From Toensbergia leucococca (taxonomy: Eukaryota): a stretch of DNA of 57,412 nt. The notes beneath the pieces are model-generated. The model saw nothing but the letters and a program-made list of their open reading frames with translations, did not search any database and was not told the DNA's origin. The translations under genes and the position numbers were made by a program. Shown piece by piece: positions 36,207 through 49,134 of this stretch (position 1 is the stretch's first letter; the number at the start of each line of letters is the position of its first letter). The stretch is from NCBI GenBank assembly GCA_022813965.1, contig JALDZS010000153.1:1-57412 (forward strand). The letters are read 5' to 3'.

Positions 36207-36552
36207 GTCCTTTGCCACAAGTGCCACTGTGGCGCAGCGCTGATTAGTCAGATGGGGCTGGTGAGCTGGTGGGGTATGGTCTAGGTAGAGTGTGATTTGG
36301 GAACATGGCGCTACCTTATCTTATCCATAAGATTCAATGGAGTGAAATGAAGTCAAATCACGTATATTTAAAGAGTCAAATACTCAATCTTGATTGAGGC
36401 GTGCAGCCTTGTTCGCGATGACACACTATTAATAGAATCAGAGCGGAATTCAGCTTCGTACGGCTGAGAGTTGAGAGCAGGCGCCGTGTGTGCAGAACAG
36501 TCTAGCCTCATTGAAGCTATAGAAGTACCTGTAGGCAACGATGAGGAGTCAG

Positions 36553-36588
36553 CATCATCATCATCCTCATCATCATCATCATCATTAT
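36553..36588. repeat. (CAT)n microsatellite
   Basis: catcatcatcatcctcatcatcatcatcatcattat. Confidence 0.85.
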
Positions 36589-36720
36589 GAGGAGGAAGTT
36601 TGTTTTCCTTATTACCTTATCTTATACGAGTATCATTTATACATATCATGATCAAGTACGGAGCAACACGCCACGCCCACATCCGATATAGTACCCAGGT
36701 AAATCGTGGAGAACGAACAG

Positions 36721-39700
36721 ATGAGTCTCGAACAGGAAGATTCCATCTCGGCCATCTCATCTCGACCAAGTCAGGATGTGGCTGAGAACCATCGTGGTGC
36801 TGCATGGTCCGACGACGAAACCTCTCGTGCTAGAATCTTCGCTGCCCATGAGCTGTCAGAGAATCTCGCTTCCTCGGACTTTGACCCGCATCTGCCTCTT
36901 CTTGAGTTGCATTCAGCCAACTCCAAGAGGGAGTCAACTAGTACTGATGGCCAGGGATCGAAATATACCCAGAAAACTCCACCGTCCAGTATTTGGTTGC
37001 CAATCACTCTTCGCTGGCCATTTCTTGCATCGCTCTTCATTATATCGCTAACTCTAGGAACGGGGACAATCGCTCTTTCAATATATTCTAGTCGGAACTA
37101 TGGCGTATGCGATAAAAAAGACTCCACAGCATTTCTTTTTGTCTGGCGGTTCGTTCCGACATTGATTGCCGTGGTTTACGCACTCTTGGTCACAGTTCTC
37201 ACCAATGATGTGAAAAGAACAGAAGCTTTTGCAAGACTTTCTAAACCCCAAGGATCGACAGCCGCTTCGTCTTTGTTGCTGTCCGAGAGCCCTTGGTGGA
37301 GAGATCCATTTGAAGCTTTGAGCAAGAAACGCAGTGATGGCTGGAGGAGCTGGACTCTTTTCTGGATCTCGATTGCCAATGTTATGGCCATATTGCTTGT
37401 ATCGCCCCTTTCTGCTGGTGTGTTATCCTTGGACAAGGTGCAAATTCTACGAGATGCAGACTTCAATCGCTTAGACCCTTTTCAGCGCGGTCCTCTCGAG
37501 CTTCAGAAAACCGCCACCGATGAAACGTATTTCCGTACCATTTCGAGTGTCGTACAAAATCTAACAACCTCTACATGGCTTTATGACACCTACACTATTC
37601 TACCTTTTTGGCCCGTGGACTTGGGATCGGCGCCGTACGGTGCATCTCTGGCAGGAGTTCCTCAGCTGTGGACAGGGCAGACATCTATTTTCCAGACAAA
37701 TCTCCAATGTGCTCCCATGAAACTGACTAGCAGTGACAATTCCGACTCCGTGGTTATGAAGTTCGAGTCAGATGACGGCTGCAAAGTGGATATCAATATA
37801 ACATTTTTGACTGATAATAGACCGCCATCTGGAGGATGGTGGTCTAGTACCGCTGCTCCAAACTATCCCACAGTCGCAAACTCCCTCCCTCCAAATATAG
37901 TCTCCAACAGTACCAGTCAGTGTGAAAGTCAAGAGATGTTTTTCATCGCGAGCCCTTTCTATTCGCCTAACCAGTCATTAGCACAACTCTGTTCCTCGTA
38001 TTATTACACAGCATCCAACGTCACTGCATTTGTAGAGAGCACAGCCACAGCATCGCGAGTCAGCTTCGATGAAGAAAACTTCAATCGATCCAGGATCGCC
38101 TTGAATGTATCTCTCATCGACCTACATAGCTTCGAGGCTCTATTCCTCAATCCAAATTGGAGTGCCTATTACCAACCGCCGGGTGGCTTTGAAGAGATTC
38201 GACCCGTACTTGGTGGTCCCCTTGCGCTACTAGCAGCGACGTTCGGAAACTCCGGCTTTGACATTGATGAGATGTTCGAAGGAATAGGCCTTGTCGAGCA
38301 TGCCCAAAGGGTGAAGCAACGATTCTTTGGAGAAGCACTACAAGCGTCATTTGTCTCGACTGGTACAAACAGTATAGAGCGAATTCCAGGTCAGATCACC
38401 ACAACACAAACAAGACTTATTGCGGATGTTGGAATAGGTATTGCTTTGGGCATCATTCTTTTCTTGACTGCCGTGATGACGGCTTTGGTTTATTATTGCT
38501 CACGACTGAAGCGGAGACCTCTCAATCTTACTCAAGACCCGGGTTCTGCAGCAGCGGTAATGAAAATGATATCGGATGACTTGAAGATCCGCGACTACTT
38601 CAGAGGCTTCGACAAAATACCAGAGGACTCGATGAAGACCATATTGGGTGACATTCATTTCACTATGGTGGCTGGTAGACTCGTGGTCGTGGACAATGGA
38701 AAAGTGAAAGACTTACACAGTATGTCTTATGAACAATATCAATTACCTTCAGAAGATAGTGATGCTAATCATCCACACGACATAGAAACAAACATCGAAC
38801 TGCAACCTCCTCGCTCTCGATTACAAGGGTTTCTTCAATCATTGGGGCTTAGTGAACCTAACCGACTCGATGATGACTGGAGACCTGCAATCCTTCATCG
38901 ATGGACAGGGCTGTCGCTTTTAGCCTTTCTTGCTTGTCTCGCGGCTGCATTGATTGCTCTTTTCGTAATATCCAAGAGTTCTGGGCTACATCAATCAGCT
39001 CTGCTTTTTCAATCCACCCTCACATGGGACAGTCAATCTGTGGTTGGCTTAGCTCCGTACTCCATAATACCTACCGTTTTTGCAGTCGCTGTTAAATTGT
39101 GGTGGGGTGCACTAGAAGAAGCTTTCAAAAGACTGCAGCCATATGTAGTGATGGCAAGACGACCAACAAAGGTCTCTCATGGTATTGCTTTATCATATAT
39201 CAACTCTCCCATGTTTTGGGCATCAGGCAGAGCATTCAGAAAAGGTCACCTGCTTCTCGCGCTTGTCTGTCTCGGAGCTTTCTGGACAGAAGTCTGTGAG
39301 TACGGTCCTCTACATTTGTAGAGATGATAATCTAATCCAGATGAGTTTAGTCACCGTGGGAATGTCCGCATTGTGGCAGAGGGAAATGAAGTCATTATCA
39401 GAGAGTTGGCAAATATCAACTCAGCTTGAGATCCGAGATATTCCACAAGTATATCTTGTGCCCACGAATGCTGAACCTTCAAATACGTATCTGCTTCCCG
39501 TATTAACTCAACTCCTCGAAAATCCTTTTACGAGCTGGCTTTACGGTGCTGTTATTCAACTTTCGTATAACGCATCGCAACCCCCCTGGAGTCACGAAGG
39601 TTGGAGCTTTGCTCCTGTGAATCTCTCATCGATCTCTACCAGCCAAACTACACAGTACGCTGAGTTGAATCTCTCTACTGCTCTTGGTGCTTTTCGAATC

Positions 39701-41344
39701 AAAGATTCCGGGGCCAATATCGGTGGACCTGGGAATGTCACCGTACGAACTCCGGCTGTACGGGGCAGAATTGAGTGCAGTCCTTACGAGACACTGCATA
39801 ACAAATCGAATTGGCTCCAGGAACTGAATCTTCGAAATGCATCTTATTGGAACATATCAGTCAATCCTAGTACTCCAACGCAGGGATACGAATTACTCAC
39901 GCAGATAAACATAACTCGGGACAGCTTGCAAGAAATGAGTACTACTACGTTCGCCGACCCATCAAGGCTTGTTTGTTGTGCCAATGAAACCGATGGTTTG
40001 CTCGGTCCGGCGTCGATTGGATATTGGTCAACTAATAGCCATGGTAGCACATACGGCGGCGAGTTAGCAGGCGAGCCTTCAACAAACTTCACGATCAAGT
40101 GGATAGTTGGGGAAGCTCTAGAACAGCAATTCGTCGATGTCGAGAACATGACCCATTTTGTATGGGAGAAAGAACCATCGATGGCGGCGCTAAACTGTCA
40201 GCCTGTTATCGAAATAGCAAGCGCAACAGTCACAGTTGACTTGACAAGTCTTGCTGTTCTAGATTATTCCATTCTAGACGTTCCGAAAGATGCGACTAAC
40301 GCCTGGACTGACAATTACGAAGGACACAACTCTACTGATGCCGACGAGAATCCATTCAGTACCGAAAGCAATGTCACCGTCAGGTAATGCTATATCTAGC
40401 CATCAGCTCCTTGCCCCTCGCTAACCCAGTTTGTTGTTACCAGCTACGGATATTTATTCATGGACACACTTTACAACGCTGCCGATTGCGCTCGACTTGG
40501 CGAAGGCGCTTTGCAAGAAACGGGCTACGGCGACGAGGATCTCACCGACAAAACTTTCAACTTTCGGTTGAAAGGTCTGAATGTAGACTACATGTCTTAT
40601 GCCATGTTTTCCCTCGCTCAGCAGAATCCCTCTGCACTTCTTGATCTGTCGACCTTGCAAAACATTTCGAGTCTCGTGTTCTCCACCTTTTTCCAACATT
40701 ACGCATCCAGCAACGTTACATTCACTAATGGCGGTGGAGCCTTTCAGCCTATCGGGGCCAAGCTGCCTTTCGGTCTCCCACCCATTCTCGACGCGGGCGG
40801 AGATTCTTCTTATCAAGATACCAACGCTCCCTCCTATACGAACAGATCCACTGAAGCAATCGTGAAATTCCCAGATGAACAACTAGTGATGTCCCCAACC
40901 GCTGTCGTTCTCTGCCTTGCCATCCTCGCGTTCTTGGCTTGCACCACACTGCTCGTGTATATCCCTTACGCAACCTACTTCAAAGCTTTACCGCGAGATG
41001 TCGAAACCCTGGCTTCCGTTCTCGCACTTGTGTACGACAGTCCGCGGCTGATGGATTGGATCAGAGCCAACGAATATGTGCTCGAGGATAAGCACTCTAG
41101 GGCTTGGTCTTGGGGTAGTCTCATCCCAAGTTTTACTCCAAGAACGTGGAGTGGGAATTATAGAGCTACCGGAACGAACATGAGCGATCGTGACCCAAGC
41201 GAATTGAATGACGTGAGCACAGGCTTGGGGTTCTTTCGTGGAGAGCATGATATCTCACGGTGGGGTATCGAGCTTGAGCCCGTTATGCATAAGAATAATC
41301 CCATGCATCCGTATACGGCGCTCGCTGCTGATGAAGCCAAATAG
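36721..41344 (+). CDS. Large fungal multi-pass membrane protein with duplicated DUF3433-type modules, 3 exons
   Basis: Two TM modules (WLPITLR…WRFVPTLIAVVY…KRTEAFARL; WRPAILH…SIIPTVFAV…KRLQPYVVM), large N-glycosylated lumenal regions, and LPRDVETLASVLALVYDS. Introns 39296-39350 and 40384-40443 join the three ORFs in frame. Confidence 0.85.
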
Positions 41345-42769
41345 TATAGAAAGACAAAGAGAATACAAATTAGGCATGCAGAGTCCTCCTCCTGGTCGCT
41401 GTCATCGCTGTTATTACGTCCTAAGCTGAAACCCAGTCTTCATGTTCTACTACCCCCTCGGATACAAAATCGCCGCTTTCCTCATCCTACTCAACCCCCT
41501 CATCTGATTGATCCTAATCTTGAAGACCCTTTTATTATGAATAAGGAATTCCGCACAATGCACGGACATCTTCTCTCCTGCCTATCCATAGCTTGTGTTC
41601 ATCACTACGCAAAGCTCAACAAGTGACCTCCACAATTGAAGGTGAGGGTTATGAAGCTTCACAGCTTTTGAGGGAGAGGGAGGCTGTAATGTTAGTGATG
41701 ATGAAGGGTTGTGTATCAGAGGGACTTTTGAGATTGAGGATGCTTGGGGTTTGTTGGAGTGAGACGATGTGGGTGGCTGGGGATGTGTGGGTTGGGCTGA
41801 ATGTTTATTTCGTAGGTGCTTAGGGTTAGACAGGGGAGGTGGCTTGGTACACGGTATTTGAAACCGGAATTGAAGATGAGCAAGCTGGTGAGACCTGAGG
41901 GTATGAGTGACGTATATTTGAAGCTAAGAGTGAGGGAGGCTGTGATGGTCTTGAATACTAGGCTTTGAGGTAGTTGAAAGTATGAATGAGATGAATAAAT
42001 CAGGTTTTCTTTGCTCAGAGAGAGATTTAGAAAGAGTTGAACTTGTGTACAGGGAGTGATTATGTATCATGAATCTCTTCTGTCTGTGATGATGAATATA
42101 AAACCTTGATTGCTTGAAATTGTGATAGATGCTTTGATATCAACAGAAGTTTTGAATCAGAGTTTTTTTCATAATGTAACGCTGAGATCTATATACTTGC
42201 TACATCTCAGGGACTGCTTTTGTAAGAGAATGATAATTTGTTTTAAGTGATTGATGTCTGATTCTTGTGACTGAGAGAGGTCAGTGCTGATTTTGTCTGC
42301 TGAGTGAGTAGTGCCTTGAGAGTGTGAGAAGGGGGGTTTTCGAGAAGAGGAAGTTTAGGTGAGTGAGTTTATAGAAGGGAGGGATTGTGAGATAATGAAT
42401 GTCATAAAAAGATAGCCTTGCTATGAGTTTAGTGTTTAGTATGTAAGATGAATGCTGTTTTAGGTATAAATCTGAGAGGTGTTTAAACTATTCAAATGAC
42501 TACCTGCTATTGTCAACCTACTACCTACTATTCTCAATCAGCTACTAACCATTCATTAGGTGGTGGAAAGTTGGTTTGATCATTTCAACCAACTATTTCA
42601 ACCATTAAGAACGTCGGTGTGGAGGAGAGCGCGTTCGGGGAGGCTGGGCTGAGAGAACAGAATTGCGGGGATTGGGTCTTGGTGGAGGAACACCTGGACG
42701 TGGACGATTTGGAGGAGATTGGTTTGGCGGATGAGGGATTGGACGATTTTAGTTTCGTGGAGTTCTATC

Positions 42770-43767
42770 TAGATGATAATATTGAAGGTGGCGAATTGAA
42801 TGGCGAAGAGTTGCCTGAGTCGCGGCCGTTCTGGGCGCAGCTCGGACTGGCAAAGCGACGTACAGCCGGCAGGTTGGCTCATGGCGGTGATTGCTGAAGT
42901 GAAGAACCGCTTGGTGGCTTGCAAAACATTGCCAGCAGAATTTGAAACGGGCAATGAGTGGTTGTATGCTTCTTTAGTGGGATACTGGGAGGCGAGGTTT
43001 TGTATGCTTGGAGGTCAATACTTACAGGTCATATGATCACAACCGCCGTTCTTCTGAATGGGAAATCCACACCCCGGGCCGGGTTTCGAAATCGATCTGA
43101 CCATCTCCTCATCTTCCCTCACTCCAGCCAACATCTCATCCCTCCCGCTCTTGCAGCCTATCGAAATCTTCGCACGTCACGCCTGTTTGCCAGGCACCGC
43201 TGATGCGTGAAACACGTCGTATACCCACATTCGGAACACGTCATAATTGGTTCGGCTTCGCCAGCCTCGTGAATCTGCCTGCTTCGACATTGTGGGCCGA
43301 GACATCGTCGGAAAGTGGGCATGGCCTCGAGAACTCGCAGCATGGATAGCGCATCGTACATTGCAAAGGCTTCGGCTTCGGCGTACAACTCTATGAAATG
43401 ACGGTCCCAGGGTTTGTTACAGCCGGGCTGAAGACATCCGATACGATCGTGCGGTTTGTTGGCGATATCGGCTGTAAAGGAAGCTCGTACACAGGCGCGG
43501 TATACGTGAAGGTTGAGCTGACAATCGAGAGGTTAGGTCTGCGGGTGTTGGATATTGTTCAACCTCCTTTTCTTCAAAGTAGACGTTGCAGGTTCTGCTG
43601 GCAATATGGGCGAGCCCAGCGTCTGCGGCTAGAGTGGAAGAAAGATGCAAAGAGTTTGTAGTTCTCTTCCGGCTTGAATGGCATCTGAGCTGCTGGTTCT
43701 TGGCTTGCCGCTTCTTTGGGTTGACAGATGGCCCGGCATCCAAGTCTGTCCCGTTTCGTAGTTGCAT
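42770..43767 (-). pseudogene. Decayed RBR (RING1-IBR-RING2, Ariadne-like) E3 ubiquitin ligase
   Basis: RING1 remnant CNVY…HVYRAC…IGCLQPGC; IBR FRRCLGPQCRSRQIH…MTCSECGYTTCFTH; RING2 KPGPGCGFPIQKNGGCDHMTC…FQFCWQC. At least two frameshifts and several lost Cys ligands. Confidence 0.8.
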
Positions 43768-45630
43768 GCTGAGTTGATGGCCGCCTGGTTGGCGAAGCAG
43801 CCTCGGAAAGTTAGATGGCCTTGACTTGTTTGTTGTTGGTAGTGAGAGTCAAGTAACGGACGTTGGAGAATGCTGGAGTTACGATGGCCTGAGGTTTGTG
43901 AAAATAGATATTCGGCTTTTCCAAGAAGAAACGATTATGCTAAAGATGGCTAACCTGGAGATGATATGGATGGAAATGGGATGGAAGCAAGCATCCGAAG
44001 TTTCTTGAAGAGAGGTCAAGAATTGACAACTTTCTTCACTTTGGTAATTAGAAGTATTGAGCCTGTAACTTGACTGGCACTGTGACAACAACACTGAGAT
44101 GAACCTCAAATTGTTTACTCCTGAATGGGTCCTCCGGGTGATACCTAGATGTAAATTGACTTGGTAAAACGAAGGAAGGCGACGAAGAAAAGGAATTTGA
44201 GGTCTCAATATGGCGGACCAAGGTAGATGGTAGGCCAAAATCGAACCATCAACTCAAATCATGAAAACAACGTCTTAGCTAGCCACTGCGACTCATACAA
44301 CTACTCTACTAAAGCTATGCTCAATGCTTAGTATGTCGCTGTCTATGATGAAAGAAGTTCGACACTTCATCAAAATCAAAATATCAGCTTATTTCTTGCC
44401 GAGTTTCATACTCAACTCCTCACGTTTCCCTATGCAGGTAGGTATGAAATGGGTTATGGAGTGAAGTATGGAATTGAGCATGAAATCGAGCAGGTAGAGG
44501 AGAATTGTATGTGGAAACGTCGCTTACCCCTAGGCACCATAGCCATTGACACGAGGATTCAAATCAGGTACGCATGGGGTTGAGCATGGAAACAAGTGGG
44601 TAGGGGAGACTAAGTCAGCAATTGAGCTTCAGCATCATACACAGAGTAGCTCAGCTTAGTGTGATCACTTAAATCATGCATTGTTGATAGTATACAAGGG
44701 AATTCAGTGACTTTGTTTTGTGATTGACAGTTTGATTTTGACATAACATCTACCTTTGATCTGTCTCACTCAAGCTCTGTCATCATATTCTCACTCGAAT
44801 CAGAGCAGGCCTGTCACCCTGATTGAGAGTCAATAAATCTTGACAATGAGGCTGAAATCAAATCAGTCTGTATCAGCAACGCAAGGCTCAACTGAACTCA
44901 TTGCCTTGAGAAATATGATTCAAGAGACTCTGTGATAAGTAATTCTTGATGCTCTCTACCTAGCTCTTCTCTCTGCTGAAGATACGGCAAATCCGCAAAA
45001 TCCAGAGCGGATATCCATTCAACGACGCTCCTTCTCAACGAGCGCCAGGGGGTTTTTTTGATTAAGTTTAACTACAGCGAGGTCCTTGAAGCTGCTGGAT
45101 GCCTCCGCATGAGTTGGAAAGCCCAAAGATGTAGCCTTTCGCAATGGAAGAGGACAAAGTGAGAGATTCCGAAGACTCTTGATTAAGATCAACCTTCTTA
45201 ATAACTGCACGATACCGTAATGCGCGGCTATCATGATGGACTATTGCTGTAGAGCCCGTCCTACTGCCTCTCGGTGCCCAGTTTTTCGAACCTTGATTCT
45301 AGCGCTCAGTGCCGCGACAGCGTGGTTCCAAGAGCTAGAAATTATTGACCTCGTAGAGCTAATGGGTATTTAAATCGTGATAATAGTGCTTGCACGAGCT
45401 TGGATGTACAGACGACGATTTAAAGTGTGAGTATTGGTGCACGGCCTGAAGAGCGCAGGAGGTTGAACTGAAATCAAAGCGCCTGTAAAGGACTCGGTCA
45501 TATCTGATGGTTTGACCGGGGAAGTCTGACGGCGGTGACTCGCTCCTATGCTACGTTTGACCATCTAGTTTGATGGTCCCAGTGGCTCGGTTGGTATTGT
45601 TGTGTTTCAATTCTGTTACCTAGGTCGTAA

Positions 45631-46797
45631 TTATTGCGACAGCTGGGAGTACATCATTGCGCCGCCCACAGCAAGTACCATGCCCGCAAAATCGTGCGCA
45701 GTCAAGACTCGACCCTCGGTCAACCAGGATAAGGTCAAAATTATAACTGTCTTGAGATTAGACGCCACGTTGAACTGTTCTGTATCAGTACAGCCATGCC
45801 TCCTGCTTCTTTTGCACGAAAGAATGGCACTTACAGTCAATGCAGAGGTTCGACCAATTATCAAGAATTGAGAGAGATTAAGAACACTTGCGACAACGCC
45901 TGAGAAGAACAATGCCACGAGAGTTTTGAGAGGTACGGCGGATAAGTTGTGAAAGGTGTCAAAGAAGGGGACAGTGATTGCTAGTAAGATGACAGCAATT
46001 GGTGCCTGGTTCATCAATAGTTGAGAACTAGACACCTGAAAGTCCTGTAGCTTTTTGCCGATCCAGACTTGATACAAAGCAGTAATCACAAATGATAATA
46101 CTGCAACAGCGACACCGAGCGGATTACTTCCGCCTGACCCATTCGTAAGAGCGACACCTAGGCATACGGCCAAGAGTGATAGTGCGACGAAGATTTTAAT
46201 AGTCTTGCGGTAGAGAATGAAATTGATCAATACAACACATGGCGTTGTCATGATTCTCGTTAGCTGATAGAACGCAATGGAATTAAGAGCCAAACTCCAA
46301 TTACCCAAGACCAGGAATCCTGCAAAGAAGCCGCACAGCGGTATCATCTGTGGAACAGGTAATTGGACAGGCTCAAATAAATGAAACGGCCTGTGGCAAG
46401 CTATCCAGAGCACAAGCGCGGTGCAGGTAAAGTGCCACATAGCAAATGAAATTTGCATATGCGCCAGCTGAGCATCTTCGAATATACTATCGTGATATAA
46501 GTACTCCTCGTTAGAGGATTGTGAAACGGGTACGCACATTTTGTTCAAAAAGACAAGTGCGACAGTTGATAGGGTGTTCAGAGCGATGCAAAAGGCGTTT
46601 GCAGCTTGTTCTCTGAACAAAAGTTGTGCCGTTTGACGGCTCTGTGAAATCAAAGTCTTTTCGACTGATGGCTCCACTAGGTCTTTGTTTTCCAAGAATT
46701 CTGTTATAGATGATTCCTGAGAAGGCTGAAATTCCTGCATTAGCATCTCATCTTCATCGGCAGACTGCCTTGATGTCGACGTGGTCGAAAGACTCAT
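45631..46797 (-). CDS. Nucleotide-sugar/triose-phosphate transporter family protein (SLC35E3-like), 2 introns
   Basis: Motifs VALVFLNK, WHFTCT, LGNWSLALNSIAFYQLTRIMTTPCVV, LYQVWIG, QLLMNQAP, NLSQFLIIGRTSALT|FNVASNLKTVIIL. Introns 46487-46537 and 45775-45834. Confidence 0.9.
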   Translation of the reverse strand: MSLSTTSTSRQSADEDEMLMQEFQPSQESSITEFLENKDLVEPSVEKTLISQSRQTAQLLFREQAANAFCIALNTLSTVALVFLNKMCVPVSQSSNEEYLYHDSIFEDAQLAHMQISFAMWHFTCTALVLWIACHRPFHLFEPVQLPVPQMIPLCGFFAGFLVLGNWSLALNSIAFYQLTRIMTTPCVVLINFILYRKTIKIFVALSLLAVCLGVALTNGSGGSNPLGVAVAVLSFVITALYQVWIGKKLQDFQVSSSQLLMNQAPIAVILLAITVPFFDTFHNLSAVPLKTLVALFFSGVVASVLNLSQFLIIGRTSALTVSAILSCKRSRRHGCTDTEQFNVASNLKTVIILTLSWLTEGRVLTAHDFAGMVLAVGGAMMYSQLSQ

Positions 46798-47876
46798 GCT
46801 TTACACAGCAAGCAATGAGGGAGGTTATAGTTCAGCGAGTATGGGAAATTGTCACCTTTGGCTTGGGTATCTTGCAGGATAATGATAATGCCGTGTGGTA
46901 CGATAAATTCTATTCTATGGGTCGAGGTAGAATAGGTCCTTGAATACTCGTGCAATAACATAGAGTCAATGACAGGTGGACTAAGCACTAAAGGCTTGTC
47001 GTAAGGGGCGGAGCAAGGAGGTGGTCATAGTACTCAAGATAAGGTAGGTAGAATAAGCTAAGCTCGTAAAGTCATACGACGCTCGTACTCGTACTCCAGT
47101 ATGCCAGTATGGGTGAAATTAAAGACACGTTTAAGCATCGCCAAAACGGTGCACTACGAGACTACCTAGGCTCGCTAGGTCATACCTCCTTACCTCAAGG
47201 TACCACGGAACCAACCTACCTACCTACCTCCCCGAGCTCCCGTCCCTAGCTAGCAGCCAAAAGGTACCTTAATTGGGTAATCATCTTGCCTGATAGAGGT
47301 AAGCTCGGCATCTTGCCAATTTACCTAAAGCATGTCCGCCAACCACTAGGGCACAATGGGCACTTTAGTTACTCAGCCACTCACCGCCCCTAGTAGAAGA
47401 TGCTGTTCATCTCCGCAATTGCATTCCCGCAAGTCTTGTACAACCACATCAACCTGTCACTCAACAAACAATGACCAACATTAAACAGCCCAGCTAAAGT
47501 CCAACTTACTTATCTACAACATCTGTCATTATGACCATGATACACGCTGGCTTCGGGAGGTGGGTGTTCGTGTTATTATTGGATTTGTGAAAGAGGCTGA
47601 GGCTTTGTTGGAAGGATTATGACATTCTTGGCGGGCGCAGAAAAAGGCGAGGACAAGGCCACATTAATCTTGGCTGCTCAAGGATTCAGGTCTGATTGGA
47701 TGCTTCGACCGAGGTGGTGTTTCGTATCCCTTGCATTCTGGCCTTTTGCATATATCCGCTCCTCGTACCCGCATCGCGACAATGCGATGCTGTAATCCTT
47801 ATGCTACCCATTTCTGCCCTCTTTCTTTTCAGCTCTGCTTCCACCACGGGGACTGGGTCTCCTGATACATATCGCT

Positions 47877-49134
47877 ATGATCGTATCTTCGCCATCCATG
47901 AAGACAGTCATGGCCATTCCTCTACGGTTTTTGATCGTCGCGGCAGTCAGCCTGTTTCTTCTTCTTTTATTTGTCTGGAAAGACAGCATCAGAAGCGCAG
48001 TACCTTTGAGACACCGATTGGGCGATAAAACGGCCCTCTTTTCCGCTCACTCATCTTCAAACTCTGTACAGAACGAAACACTAGGAGTACATTATCCCTA
48101 AGAGCCTTTCGTATTTGTCTCTTGTGACTCAGCACTGATGGTATGTGAGTGGAAATAGTTTCAACAAATATTCGTCCTCTCTCTACCTGATCGAAGTGAC
48201 AGGCGAATACCACTTCTACGCGCCGCAGAGGCAACACAGATTCAGCTTACAATGTTTGATGCGTTAAAAGGCGACCAGATCCCCGAGGAAGAAATACCCA
48301 AAGTACTTATGACCTCATTTCATAGCCACATCAGCGTTACTCATATTTATAGGGTTATAATCCCAAGACCGGTGGAGAACTTGGATGTTTCATGTCCCAC
48401 GCAAAGGCGTGGCAAAGGTGAGGAAGTCTTTACAAAATACTTGGGATATGGACTAAAGGCACCCCAGAATGATTGATGAGAACCTCTCTACGGCCTTGTT
48501 TATGGAGAGTGATGTCGACTGGGATATGCGTATCAAAGACTCCCTACCTGAACTTGCTAAAGGCGTAAAACAAATCGCCGATGACCCCAGACCTTTCGAC
48601 CCCCAGCATACCACCTCCGTGGACTTGACACCGTATGGTTCCAACTGGGACATCCTCCATCTCGGTCACTGCGGCAGCGGACCTTTCCCAGGGAGTGGCC
48701 GTAATTATGCTTTCAACGATACCTCGATTCCCCCCTATGGTCATGAATGGGCTTTGTGTGATAAACCCACCGACCTGCAGCGTCCAAATGGAACCCGCAT
48801 AGTCTATGAGCCTGAACGAACCATCTGCCTATATGCATACGCTCTCAGCCGGAAAGGCGCTCTCAAATTGAAGGAAATAGTTTTTGCGAAACCGGGGGCC
48901 ATTGATCTTGTCGTGTCGACCGCTTGCAAGGACGATGCTTCACTCCGATGCGTATCGGTTTTTCCGCAAGTAATTAGCGATTCGCCATCCTTTTCGAACA
49001 TCAGCCCAGTGGGAGAAAACGAGAAGAAAGAGGCGGATGGGTCAGGGCATGGAATTACATGTTCTGCCAAGGTCAACGCACAGGCTGTACTCGATGGCGC
49101 TGCGAGGGAGAATTGGAAGGGAGCATGCCGATGA
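47877..49134 (+). CDS. Glycosyltransferase family 25, type II membrane protein, 4 exons (start may be 47898 or 47910)
   Basis: TM anchor, then VQNETLG|FQQIFVLSLPDRSDRR, GELGCFMSHAKAWQR|MIDENLSTALFMESDVDWD, PYGSNWDILHLGHCG and ICLYAYALSRKGA. Introns ~48087-48158, 48303-48351 and 48418-48467. Confidence 0.88.

Noticed and set aside
47040..47300. AGGTA/TACCT-rich tract in the NST-GT25 spacer (similar tracts near 9750 and 17270)
   Set aside because: Low-complexity intergenic motif with no defined period or assignable factor.
7780..49134. Secondary-metabolite gene cluster (two MFS transporters, subtelomeric position)
   Set aside because: No PKS, NRPS, terpene synthase, P450 or intact Zn2Cys6 regulator is visible.
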